A stretch of DNA of 40,000 nucleotides from Xanthomonas phage Xoo-sp14, in the sequence record MT939492.1. One strand, 5' to 3'. Under the pieces are notes generated by a model. It searched no databases. It was not told where the DNA came from and worked only from the letters and a program-made list of their open reading frames with translations. Below are positions 18,196-26,154 of the stretch, in pieces; position 1 is the first letter of the stretch, and each line of letters begins with the position of its first letter. Made by a program: the position numbers and the translations under genes.

Positions 18196-19323
18196 GTGAA
18201 CAAATTTGAGAGCGAAGTAGCCAAGTTCCTGTCCATGCTGGGGGCTCAGGTAGAGTCCCTTGCCTCCTCAGTACGATCGGCATTGCCCCATTCCCCGATC
18301 CACAGCGTGCACCTCGGCTTCCCGCATGCCGCCTTGGACAACATGAAGCTGTCCGGCGAATGTGCCATCGCCGATACGCTGAAGATGTTGGAGGCCAACG
18401 GCGTCACGCACCCGAACATGCCCAAGGTCGTGAACTACCTGGTCGACCATAAGTTCGCTTGGTCCGGCAGACTGCCGTTCGAAATCCATCGCTACATCGG
18501 CGCCGCCGTGGACATGGACTCGCTCTATATCACCCAGGGTAAAGAGCCGATCATCCTGACCGACCCGAAGGGCGAGTGGCGGTTCGTCATCAAGCCGAAG
18601 AACGACAATACCGGCTTCTACCGGTCCCAGGAAGCGTCGACGGAAATGGTGCTGGAGTTCCGTGACCAGTTCAGCGAAGGTCAGCTGGAGCTGTCGGCTC
18701 TGGGTAACCCGAGGGCGTTGAAGGTCGAGACGAACGTACGTCATCGAGGCGACATCGTCACGCACCACAATCCGGAGGTATTCCACGAAGACTGGATGAA
18801 GGAAACCGTCTTCGACCCGCTGACTGCCGCTCTGGAAAAGCTGGCCCTGGAACGCTTGGACGAAACGCTGACTGTCGCCGAGCTGGGCAAATGGGTCACC
18901 GAACACGTCGGCCTGATGATGGAAAACGAGACTCCCGCTCAGTTCACCGAAAAGAGCGTGATGTCCGATAAGCGCATGCTGAACGGCACGTACTTCACCG
19001 CGTCGCAGCGCCTGCATCCCACGCTGGACAGTGAGATCAATCATCGCATCATCCGGCTCGACCACGTCGACAACCACTGCACCTACTCGGCGTGCTTCTC
19101 GGTCATCGATCGCGGCGAGGGCGTGTTCGAGTTTGGCACTGCCCAGGTGGTCTATCAGATTGCATCGGGCATGTCCTCGGGCTACCGCGTGTGGAAGAAC
19201 AGCCTGGCTGGCCCGGCCGAGCTGGTAAGGCTGAAGCGGATCTACGCCCCGGTGTTTGCTGGACTCCGGATGAAGAAAGAAGAGCAGGAGGCAGCACCAC
19301 CCGCTGACACTCCCGCCGAATAG
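18196..19323 (+). CDS. Uncharacterised phage protein (GTG start)
   Basis: AAAGGAG followed by GTG. VNKFESEVAKFLSMLGAQVESLASSVRS... Confidence 0.8.
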   Translation: MNKFESEVAKFLSMLGAQVESLASSVRSALPHSPIHSVHLGFPHAALDNMKLSGECAIADTLKMLEANGVTHPNMPKVVNYLVDHKFAWSGRLPFEIHRYIGAAVDMDSLYITQGKEPIILTDPKGEWRFVIKPKNDNTGFYRSQEASTEMVLEFRDQFSEGQLELSALGNPRALKVETNVRHRGDIVTHHNPEVFHEDWMKETVFDPLTAALEKLALERLDETLTVAELGKWVTEHVGLMMENETPAQFTEKSVMSDKRMLNGTYFTASQRLHPTLDSEINHRIIRLDHVDNHCTYSACFSVIDRGEGVFEFGTAQVVYQIASGMSSGYRVWKNSLAGPAELVRLKRIYAPVFAGLRMKKEEQEAAPPADTPAE

Positions 19324-19333
19324 GCCCAGGTGA

Positions 19334-20176
19334 ATGAACATCATCCAACGTAAGCTGGAAGCTCGTGATGTGGGACAGATCCCGGTTTCGATCGGGACGT
19401 CCTTGGCGCTGGAGGGAGCGTTCGGAATCTACCCCGACCGCCCCGTCAGTCCGCCGCCCATCCATTCGGTCAAGCGTGTGTACATCAACGTGCGCACGCT
19501 CATCCGCAACCTGATCAATGGACTGGATGCAGACGGCAAAGACATGGTTACTGCGGAGCCTGTCTTTGAGGCAGTCGCTGAGGAGATGGAGATCATCTCG
19601 GCAGCTATCTCGCGTCAGGGCAATGCTGGCAACAGCGTCGTCTTCTACGCGCCAAGCTACGTCAGCTTGAACAAGAAGTTCCGGTTTGCCAAGCTCTGGA
19701 AACCGAGTACCCCCCGACAGATTGCGCTGGCAGCAATCGAAGAGACGGTCACCCGACAGATTGCCAAAGAAGTTCGGACCGTGGCTATTTTGCACATGGA
19801 CACCGATTTCCCCAGCAACCTGCCGGAGAGCTTCCTGCTCACCCATTATCCGGTGGATCTGCTCTCCCGGTACAGCTTCAAACGAGTGGATCTGCTGGAG
19901 TCTCACTCCGGTGTGATCAAGCCGTTCTCGCAGTGGTACACCAAACTCGGTAGTAGCAAGGAGCTGACCAACGTTCCTTTCAACCGACTGACCCTGCAAG
20001 TCTTCGGTGATGGCGGTAATCACTTTTTCGCGGGATCCAACCCGTGGAAGAAGGCGGTCCTGGAGCTGGCGGAGGAGCGTAATTGGACGCCCGTCACCAG
20101 CAACGAACTGGTGGTCGATTCCATCAGACGGTATAAGGATCCGCTCATCAAAGGTCAGCTGCTGTCCCTGCTGTAA
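19334..20176 (+). CDS. Uncharacterised phage protein
   Basis: 280 aa: MNIIQRKLEARDVGQIPVSIGTSLALEGAFGIYPDRP... Confidence 0.85.
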   Translation: MNIIQRKLEARDVGQIPVSIGTSLALEGAFGIYPDRPVSPPPIHSVKRVYINVRTLIRNLINGLDADGKDMVTAEPVFEAVAEEMEIISAAISRQGNAGNSVVFYAPSYVSLNKKFRFAKLWKPSTPRQIALAAIEETVTRQIAKEVRTVAILHMDTDFPSNLPESFLLTHYPVDLLSRYSFKRVDLLESHSGVIKPFSQWYTKLGSSKELTNVPFNRLTLQVFGDGGNHFFAGSNPWKKAVLELAEERNWTPVTSNELVVDSIRRYKDPLIKGQLLSLL

Positions 20177-20234
20177 TAACTGACGGGGGTAGCAGATAAA
20201 ATGTACAACGCACCGCACGGGAAATACAACCAAA

Positions 20235-21002
20235 ATGGCTTACGGAAACAACAACCAGAGCAACCAGCCGAAGGTCGCGCCGAACATCCTGAACGACTGG
20301 GATCTGCGCATGATCGGCGAACCGCAGCAGGGCGCCAAGAAGCCGCCGGCACTGAACTGGCGTCTGAGCAACACCAAGAGCGGCACCAAGGCCGTGCTCC
20401 AGGTCCGCACCAACGTGCCGGGTGCCAAGGACGACGGCCTGATCTCGGCGCAGTTCAATACCCGTGACTTCTTCGGCGGCTTCCTGGGCATGTTCAAGCG
20501 CCTGCAGAAGCTGGAGCCCGGCAAGCAGTTCGTCATGGGCAACAACCGCTTCTTCAACGGCAAGCAGAACACCGTCTCCAAGACCATCCTGGGCAAGGAA
20601 GCGGACGGCTCCTGCTACATCGGCCTGGTGGCCCGTGATCAGGCCAACGTGAAGTTCTACTTCGGCCCGAGCGAGAACCACTTCCTGACCTACATGGACG
20701 GCACGCCGCTGTCCAAGGAAGAAGTCAGCCTGATGTACGCTGACCAGTACGCCGAAATGCTGCTGCACTTCCTGGGCAACCTGCTGACCTCGGCCTACGT
20801 TCCGCCGCCGCCGCGTGAAGGCGGCTTCAATGGTGGCGGTGGTGGTGGCGGTTACAACGGCGGCAACCGCGGTGGTGGTGGCGGTGGTGGTGGCAACTAC
20901 GGCGGTGGTGGTGGCGGTGGCTACCAGTCCAGCGGTGGTTCCGGTGGTGGCGGTGGCTTCGATGCCGGCTTCGGCGGCGACGACCTGCCCGATAGCTTCT
21001 AA
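20235..21002 (+). CDS. Putative ssDNA-binding protein-like protein: folded N-terminus, poly-Gly linker, acidic tip
   Basis: C-terminus REGGFNGGGGGGGYNGGNRGGGGGGGGNYGGGGGGGYQSSGGSGGGGGFDAGFGGDDLPDSF has the same layout as SSB proteins (Gly-rich linker plus acidic/hydrophobic tip). No OB-fold can be proven by eye. High-expression codon usage. Confidence 0.5.
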   Translation: MAYGNNNQSNQPKVAPNILNDWDLRMIGEPQQGAKKPPALNWRLSNTKSGTKAVLQVRTNVPGAKDDGLISAQFNTRDFFGGFLGMFKRLQKLEPGKQFVMGNNRFFNGKQNTVSKTILGKEADGSCYIGLVARDQANVKFYFGPSENHFLTYMDGTPLSKEEVSLMYADQYAEMLLHFLGNLLTSAYVPPPPREGGFNGGGGGGGYNGGNRGGGGGGGGNYGGGGGGGYQSSGGSGGGGGFDAGFGGDDLPDSF

Positions 21003-21033
21003 GCGGCCGGATGCCGTAGACATACCGACATAT

Positions 21034-21061
21034 GGACAGGGGAGCGTGTGCTCCCCTGTCC
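21034..21061 (+). terminator. Strong hairpin, candidate terminator
   Basis: Perfect 12-bp GGACAGGGGAGC-GTGT-GCTCCCCTGTCC, preceded by CATATG (21029-21034). Confidence 0.65.
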
Positions 21062-21142
21062 AGTCTTCCCCTGTCAACTGAAAAAAAGTTCAGCCATACA
21101 TTACCCATATGGCGCCCTACAAATAAAGACAGGAACGCAGCA

Positions 21143-22684
21143 ATGAAAATCGAAATCTCCAGGGAATCGGGCAGTGGCGGCGTGATTGAGGTTACCCTCA
21201 GCCACGGCGATCATGAATCGACAACTTGGAACACGAGCATGCACGATCGGACCAAGATCAAGGACCGGCCGGCACTGTTCAAACATCTCAATGCCTACTG
21301 GGCACACCTGCCCGAAGAAAAGCAGGAGCGGATCTGGGAGATCTATCAGGCGATGGCAAAGACGTTCGCCACCGTCTTTGACGACAACCTGATCACGCTG
21401 CTGCTGAAGAACATCCGCGAGCTGTTCGACGTGATGACCCCTGAGGACATTTCCAAGTGGATGAGTCTGCGTGGCAATGCTGGTATCCCCAGCGCCATCC
21501 AGGACAACTACACCGAAGAAGGTCGCTACGGGAGCATCAAGCGATTCCACGACCGGACCTGCCTGCGTGCAGACTACCGCAACTTCATCTACACCGCACT
21601 GGCGCTTCGTGCACTGATGCCGGTGTTCGGTGAATACATCTCCCGCACCGAGAAGATCAATGGCGCGGTCTTCAAGGAGATGATGGCACTGCCGTTGATC
21701 AGCGGTAGTCAGTTGTGGGACATGCCGGGCGTACAGTGGCTGATCAAGTACGTCGATGCAACTCTGGAGCAAGAGAAAGCATCGGACTCGGCAATCATCG
21801 GCGGCATCGGTCCATCCGAACGTCCCGACTGGCTGCTGGCCAAGATCCTGATTCGTCGTCTCACCACCGAAGAGTTCCCGGTCAATGGTGACGACAACAA
21901 CATCATGATCAACATCTACCACGTCGTCCGCAACTCGTTGAAGAACGAGCACAAGAGCTTGATGGGTCCGATCACCAGCAAGTTCCGCAACGACGCCGAC
22001 ATGGGTGACGATCAGGAGCGCATCTCCCGGTACGAGCAATACAAGGAGCGCACCAATCTCTCCCAGGGTGACATGGCACCCAATCGGATCTGGATCGAAG
22101 ATTACGTCGCAGCTGCACAGAGGCTGGACCCGACGATCGAACCGGCAATGGTGGAATCCTGCGTGAACTACGCACGTAAGCAGGACAACTCTGCAATCCA
22201 CGAGCACTCGCTGGCGCTGATCAAGTACGTGGTGGATCCTGCGGTTTCGGCCAAGGGTATTGATCCGCTGCTGCTGCCGACCACGCTGGTATCGGCAGGC
22301 GTTACCCAGGCTCTGCTCTGGCATTGGGGATTCTTCGATCTGGCAGCGCTGGTTACGGCTCGTCGTTTCGAGGTTCCTGCTGATGCAATGGCAGCTGGTC
22401 CGGAACAACGCAACCGCGTACCGAAGGATCTGGCCGAGGAGCTCACCCGGCTGTACCCGCACTTCGTGACACCCCGGGGCGGTCGTCCCCAGACTGAGCG
22501 CAAGAAGAACATGGCATACATCGCCATCGACATCATGGCTGAGTTGATCTTCGGGTTCGAGTGGACCTTGACCTGCCCTCCGGCATTGGCCAAGCTCTCC
22601 AACCGAATCACCAACGACAGAATGGTCGCGCCCGCCGACCTGAGAGCACAGCTGGCAAAGCTTATCATCGAACGTATTGCGTAA
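21143..22684 (+). CDS. Uncharacterised phage protein
   Basis: 513 aa: MKIEISRESGSGGVIEVTLSHGDHESTTWNTSMHDRTK... TATG at 21108-21111 upstream. Confidence 0.88.
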   Translation: MKIEISRESGSGGVIEVTLSHGDHESTTWNTSMHDRTKIKDRPALFKHLNAYWAHLPEEKQERIWEIYQAMAKTFATVFDDNLITLLLKNIRELFDVMTPEDISKWMSLRGNAGIPSAIQDNYTEEGRYGSIKRFHDRTCLRADYRNFIYTALALRALMPVFGEYISRTEKINGAVFKEMMALPLISGSQLWDMPGVQWLIKYVDATLEQEKASDSAIIGGIGPSERPDWLLAKILIRRLTTEEFPVNGDDNNIMINIYHVVRNSLKNEHKSLMGPITSKFRNDADMGDDQERISRYEQYKERTNLSQGDMAPNRIWIEDYVAAAQRLDPTIEPAMVESCVNYARKQDNSAIHEHSLALIKYVVDPAVSAKGIDPLLLPTTLVSAGVTQALLWHWGFFDLAALVTARRFEVPADAMAAGPEQRNRVPKDLAEELTRLYPHFVTPRGGRPQTERKKNMAYIAIDIMAELIFGFEWTLTCPPALAKLSNRITNDRMVAPADLRAQLAKLIIERIA

Positions 22685-22702
22685 CGGAGTAAAGACAAGA
22701 GC

Positions 22703-24268
22703 ATGGCCAAGAAAACACGTATCGTTCAGTTGTTGTTCCGTGAAACCGGAACGTATCAGCAAATGCAGGCGCGACCCTACGTCGCCGAGATTGACGGGCA
22801 CGACCTGATCAGTTTCGCAGAGCGTACCGACGATGGCACCAACTTCAGTCGCGAAGCTCTGGCCGGTTTGGCAGGCAGCATCCTCAGCCCGCAGGGTCAC
22901 AGTGCCGGTGTGGTTGACATCGCTGGCGGTTACCGCAACAAGCGCTACCGCTTCGTCATGGAAGTGAGCCACGAAGATCGCTTCGGCGGTGGACATCGTC
23001 AGGTGTTCTCCGGCTACACCGACTTCATGGGCGGTGACGCACGCAGTGGTTCCATCGATCCGCATATGAAGCTGTACCTCAACAGCGTCATGACCATCCG
23101 TGATGTTGTCGATCACAGCAGCCCGCGTCGTGATTCCATGTCGACGGTGTTCGAGAACTCCCACATTCTGTCGGGCCTTTACAAGCCGAGCCTGCGGCAG
23201 AACGAAGGTTCCACGGATGTGCGCATGCGTCCTGAAGACGTGTTCGCATCGATGACCTTCGGTGCGTTCAAGTCCAATCGTCGCGGCGGCCCCAGTGAAG
23301 TCGTGGTTGACACCCGCACTTCCTTCGCCGACGGCATCTGCAAGTCGCGTCGTTCCAACTCGACGGCGGCCAGCTTCCTGAGTGACCTGTTGACCACCTA
23401 CAGTCGCACGACGGAGAACATGCAGTTCGAGAACACCGATCGTTACAAGAAGTTGGAATCGGCACGCGGAAGCATCGCCGAGAACTACATCACCGACGAT
23501 CTGTTCCTGGGCCCGCTGTATCGCGAGACCAGCCTGAAGACCGGCAACTGGATTTCCTTCCAGGAACTGATCGACATCGATCCGGACGTGGAGCGCGACG
23601 ACGTTACGCAGGTTCACCACAACAAGGTGATCCATCGTGACAGCGCCCGTCTCAACGACTACAACGATGACCAGGACGAGTGGAGCGACGTCACGAACGA
23701 GTCGGTGGCAGCGACCATGCTGGCACATGCCGTTCCGGCGATCATGATGGACCTGACGATGACCCAGATCGAGTTCATCGCCACCAACCGTACCCGCGAC
23801 AACCGGCCGGAAGTTCACCCGACCCGTGGTCGCATGTTCAGCAAGCACGTCAAGACGATGCCGAAAGAAATCGTCTCGGTGTTCCTGAACCGGCTGGAAG
23901 ATGAAATCCTGCGTGACGTCTCCAACCGCAACCGCATCGACTACGACATCGAGATGAAGGTGAACGTGTTCGGTGACTCGGAGATCCTGATCTCCATGCT
24001 GGGTGGGCGCCGCCACAGGTTCGTGGTTCCGTCCTTCAGCGACGCCGGGTTCGTACCGGTGCTGGCCAAGGATACCGGCGCACTCGCCTCCCTGGCTCAG
24101 GAACTGACCGAGCTGACCTCCACCGTCGATGCCAATGCGGCTGCCCGCAATAGCTTCAGGTCGAACTTCACGAGCGATCGTGACGACCGTGACGACGACC
24201 GACCCACCAATAGCGGCCGTGGCCGCTGGACTGAGAATGACCGCGATGATGCTGATTCCGTTCTATAA
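22703..24268 (+). CDS. Uncharacterised phage protein with RD-rich C-terminus
   Basis: 521 aa: MAKKTRIVQLLFRETGTYQQMQARPYVAEIDG...SNFTSDRDDRDDDRPTNSGRGRWTENDRDDADSVL. GGAGTAAAGACAAGAGC upstream. Confidence 0.88.
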   Translation: MAKKTRIVQLLFRETGTYQQMQARPYVAEIDGHDLISFAERTDDGTNFSREALAGLAGSILSPQGHSAGVVDIAGGYRNKRYRFVMEVSHEDRFGGGHRQVFSGYTDFMGGDARSGSIDPHMKLYLNSVMTIRDVVDHSSPRRDSMSTVFENSHILSGLYKPSLRQNEGSTDVRMRPEDVFASMTFGAFKSNRRGGPSEVVVDTRTSFADGICKSRRSNSTAASFLSDLLTTYSRTTENMQFENTDRYKKLESARGSIAENYITDDLFLGPLYRETSLKTGNWISFQELIDIDPDVERDDVTQVHHNKVIHRDSARLNDYNDDQDEWSDVTNESVAATMLAHAVPAIMMDLTMTQIEFIATNRTRDNRPEVHPTRGRMFSKHVKTMPKEIVSVFLNRLEDEILRDVSNRNRIDYDIEMKVNVFGDSEILISMLGGRRHRFVVPSFSDAGFVPVLAKDTGALASLAQELTELTSTVDANAAARNSFRSNFTSDRDDRDDDRPTNSGRGRWTENDRDDADSVL

Positions 24269-25649
24269 TTCCCTGCTCGATTCGCTCAACGTTGTACAGA
24301 GCGAAGACGGCAAGCTGTCACTGGTAGTGGGCAACGAAGAACGCCCGCTGCTGATTGGCGGCAAGCGTGCCGCGATGCCCATCGAAGAAGTCCTGCGCGG
24401 TGGCATCGATGACGGCATCGTGGTCTTCCACCCGCTGTCGGAAAAGATCTTCCGTGGCGAATCGGAAGTGCTGAAGAAGCTGAAGGAGCTGGTGACCCTG
24501 CGACTGGGCACCGCTCTGACGCTGACCATGGCCCACGTGCTGGACATCGCTGCCAATCCGGAAAGCCACAAGAAGCTGCCGCCGGAAGCGATCAAGAAGC
24601 TGCGTCTGCTGCCCGATGCCGACGACAAGCTGGTCAAGACCTTCGAGAAGATCACCGAGACCTTCGCCGAGCACAAGGAACATCGGCCGTTCAAGCTGTT
24701 CCTGCGCAAGAGCGGCGTGATCGGCGATACCACCTACAGCCGCGTGGCCAAGGTGGACTTCCCGTACATCGAACAGATCGATCTGGAAAAGACCGAGCAG
24801 TTCGGTATCAAGGTCCGCAAGCGTGATCCGGTGGCGCTGTTCAACCTGATGAACCTGGTGGTGCCGGGCTGTGCCGAGCCGAACACCTACAGCTACGGCA
24901 GCAACGCCCTGACCGCTCCCAACTTCGATGCGCTGATGCGTGCCTACCACAAGGTGGCCAAGCAGATCAACGAAGTCAGCGAGCTGTTCCGCGACAAGAA
25001 CGATGACGTCAACGATCTGTACATCGACCTCAGCTGGTTCGAGGGCATGGACGATCTGGACAACATGGCCGTCCACGTTCCCTCGATGGCCGGCAATGAA
25101 GGCAACGTCGCCGTCGAAGAGCGTGCCCCGGGTGATGACAAGGAACGCGAGAAGAAGGCCGACCCGGAGCGCGAACCGGAAAGCCGTCGCAACGAAGAGC
25201 GCCGTGACCCGCTGCGTGATGAACGCCGTGATGATCGTGAGTTCTCCGACTCCCGTGACCGCTACCGCCGTGAACGTGAAGAAAGCCGCACCCGTGACCG
25301 CGACCGTCGTGACGACGAACGCGAGCCGGAACGCAGCAGCCTGACCGATCGCTACACCGGCAAGGCGGACCGCGCCCCTTTCCGCGACTCGTCGTCGTCC
25401 AGGGATCGCGACGATTCGAGGTCCGGAAGCCGGCGCGATGGCTACTCCGATCGCGGTGGATATCATCAGAGGCCTCGGAATGGCTGGCGTTCTGAAGATC
25501 GTGACGACCGTGGCCGTGGCCGCGATCGTGACTACCACTACCGTGATGAACGCGATGATCGCGATGACCGCCGTAGCAGCAGGCGTGACCGTGACGACCG
25601 CTACGACCGCGATGACCGTGGCCGTGGGCGTCGTGACCGTCGCTACTGA
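24246..25649 (+). CDS. Uncharacterised phage protein with about 170-residue Arg/Asp/Glu/Ser low-complexity tail
   Basis: MMLIPFYNSLLDSLNVVQSEDGKLSLVVGNEERPLLIGG... Tail from about residue 300: DDKEREKKADPEREPESRRNEERRDPLRDERRDDRE...GRGRRDRRY. Overlaps the previous gene by 23 nt. Confidence 0.85.
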   Translation: MMLIPFYNSLLDSLNVVQSEDGKLSLVVGNEERPLLIGGKRAAMPIEEVLRGGIDDGIVVFHPLSEKIFRGESEVLKKLKELVTLRLGTALTLTMAHVLDIAANPESHKKLPPEAIKKLRLLPDADDKLVKTFEKITETFAEHKEHRPFKLFLRKSGVIGDTTYSRVAKVDFPYIEQIDLEKTEQFGIKVRKRDPVALFNLMNLVVPGCAEPNTYSYGSNALTAPNFDALMRAYHKVAKQINEVSELFRDKNDDVNDLYIDLSWFEGMDDLDNMAVHVPSMAGNEGNVAVEERAPGDDKEREKKADPEREPESRRNEERRDPLRDERRDDREFSDSRDRYRREREESRTRDRDRRDDEREPERSSLTDRYTGKADRAPFRDSSSSRDRDDSRSGSRRDGYSDRGGYHQRPRNGWRSEDRDDRGRGRDRDYHYRDERDDRDDRRSSRRDRDDRYDRDDRGRGRRDRRY

Positions 25650-25657
25650 TTGACGGC

Positions 25658-25687
25658 ATAAGCGGGGGGATCAAACCCCCCGCTTAT
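25658..25687 (+). terminator. Strong intrinsic terminator
   Basis: ATAAGCGGGGGG-ATCAAA-CCCCCCGCTTAT (12 bp, perfect) followed by a T run to 25693. CATA at 25657-25660. Confidence 0.93.
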
Positions 25688-25702
25688 TTTTTTGCCTTCG
25701 GT

Positions 25703-26062
25703 TCACTGGCCGGAGGTCATCAGGGTGCGCTTCTCGGTGATATAGCGAGAGCGCAACTTCTCGATAACCTGGGACGAAGGAACGCGCAGCGTCTGCTCCG
25801 TTCCAAGGAAGTCCTCGTTACTGCGCATGTTGTTTACGCGCATGACGATGTGGTGCATGAAGCGAGGTATGTCCATGACGGTGAGCAGACCAGCCAGATC
25901 GCCCTCGTTCCTCCAACCATGACGCTCGGGAACCACCATCACCGTGGTCGACGGATCCCGGCGAAGCATGACCAGATGGGATTCAATCATCCGGAGAAAG
26001 TCAGGATCGTAATAGATGTCGAGCCCGTCGTCTCGTTTCGTCCTGCGTAGACTCGCTTGCAT
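25703..26062 (-). CDS. Uncharacterised small phage protein
   Basis: 119 aa: MQASLRRTKRDDGLDIYYDPDFLRMIESHLVMLRRDPS... Fills a + strand gap, convergent onto the 25658 terminator, with an AT-rich divergent upstream region. Confidence 0.7.
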   Translation of the reverse strand: MQASLRRTKRDDGLDIYYDPDFLRMIESHLVMLRRDPSTTVMVVPERHGWRNEGDLAGLLTVMDIPRFMHHIVMRVNNMRSNEDFLGTEQTLRVPSSQVIEKLRSRYITEKRTLMTSGQ

Positions 26063-26154
26063 GACCGCTCCAAAAGAAAAAAGTACAAACCTATATCATT
26101 CATTAGCAGAAGAGATTTGAAGTCTGCTTTTCGTAAGCCAATGGAGCATCAAGA

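Noticed and set aside
20829-20960. GGTGGTGGC-type tandem repeat and the associated Arg/His-rich reverse ORFs (e.g. 20827-21108)
   Set aside because: The DNA repetitiveness is explained by the poly-Gly linker of the 20235-21002 product. No unit structure suggesting CRISPR, iterons or a satellite.
21101-24016. 971-aa minus-strand ORF, with similar giant antisense ORFs at 5525-8023, 9197-10972, 26263-28194, 28722-30347, 33075-34544 and 38128-39504 (-) and 34857-36683 (+)
   Set aside because: Every one is codon-phase-aligned with the real gene on the opposite strand. Antisense stops in this phase require TTA, CTA or TCA in the sense frame, which these genes avoid. The translations are compositionally odd, and the sense ORFs carry the conserved motifs and ribosome-binding sites. 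This is a codon-bias artefact.
24318-25538. 406-aa minus-strand ORF rich in Val/Thr/Ala (VVTIAATATVVTIF...)
   Set aside because: It is the mirror of the Arg/Asp repeat codons in the 24246-25649 gene, not an independent gene.
25180-25640. CGTGAC/GATCGT direct-repeat-like DNA considered as a CRISPR-like array or iteron origin
   Set aside because: There are no constant repeats with unique spacers. The pattern follows R/D codons in the sense frame.
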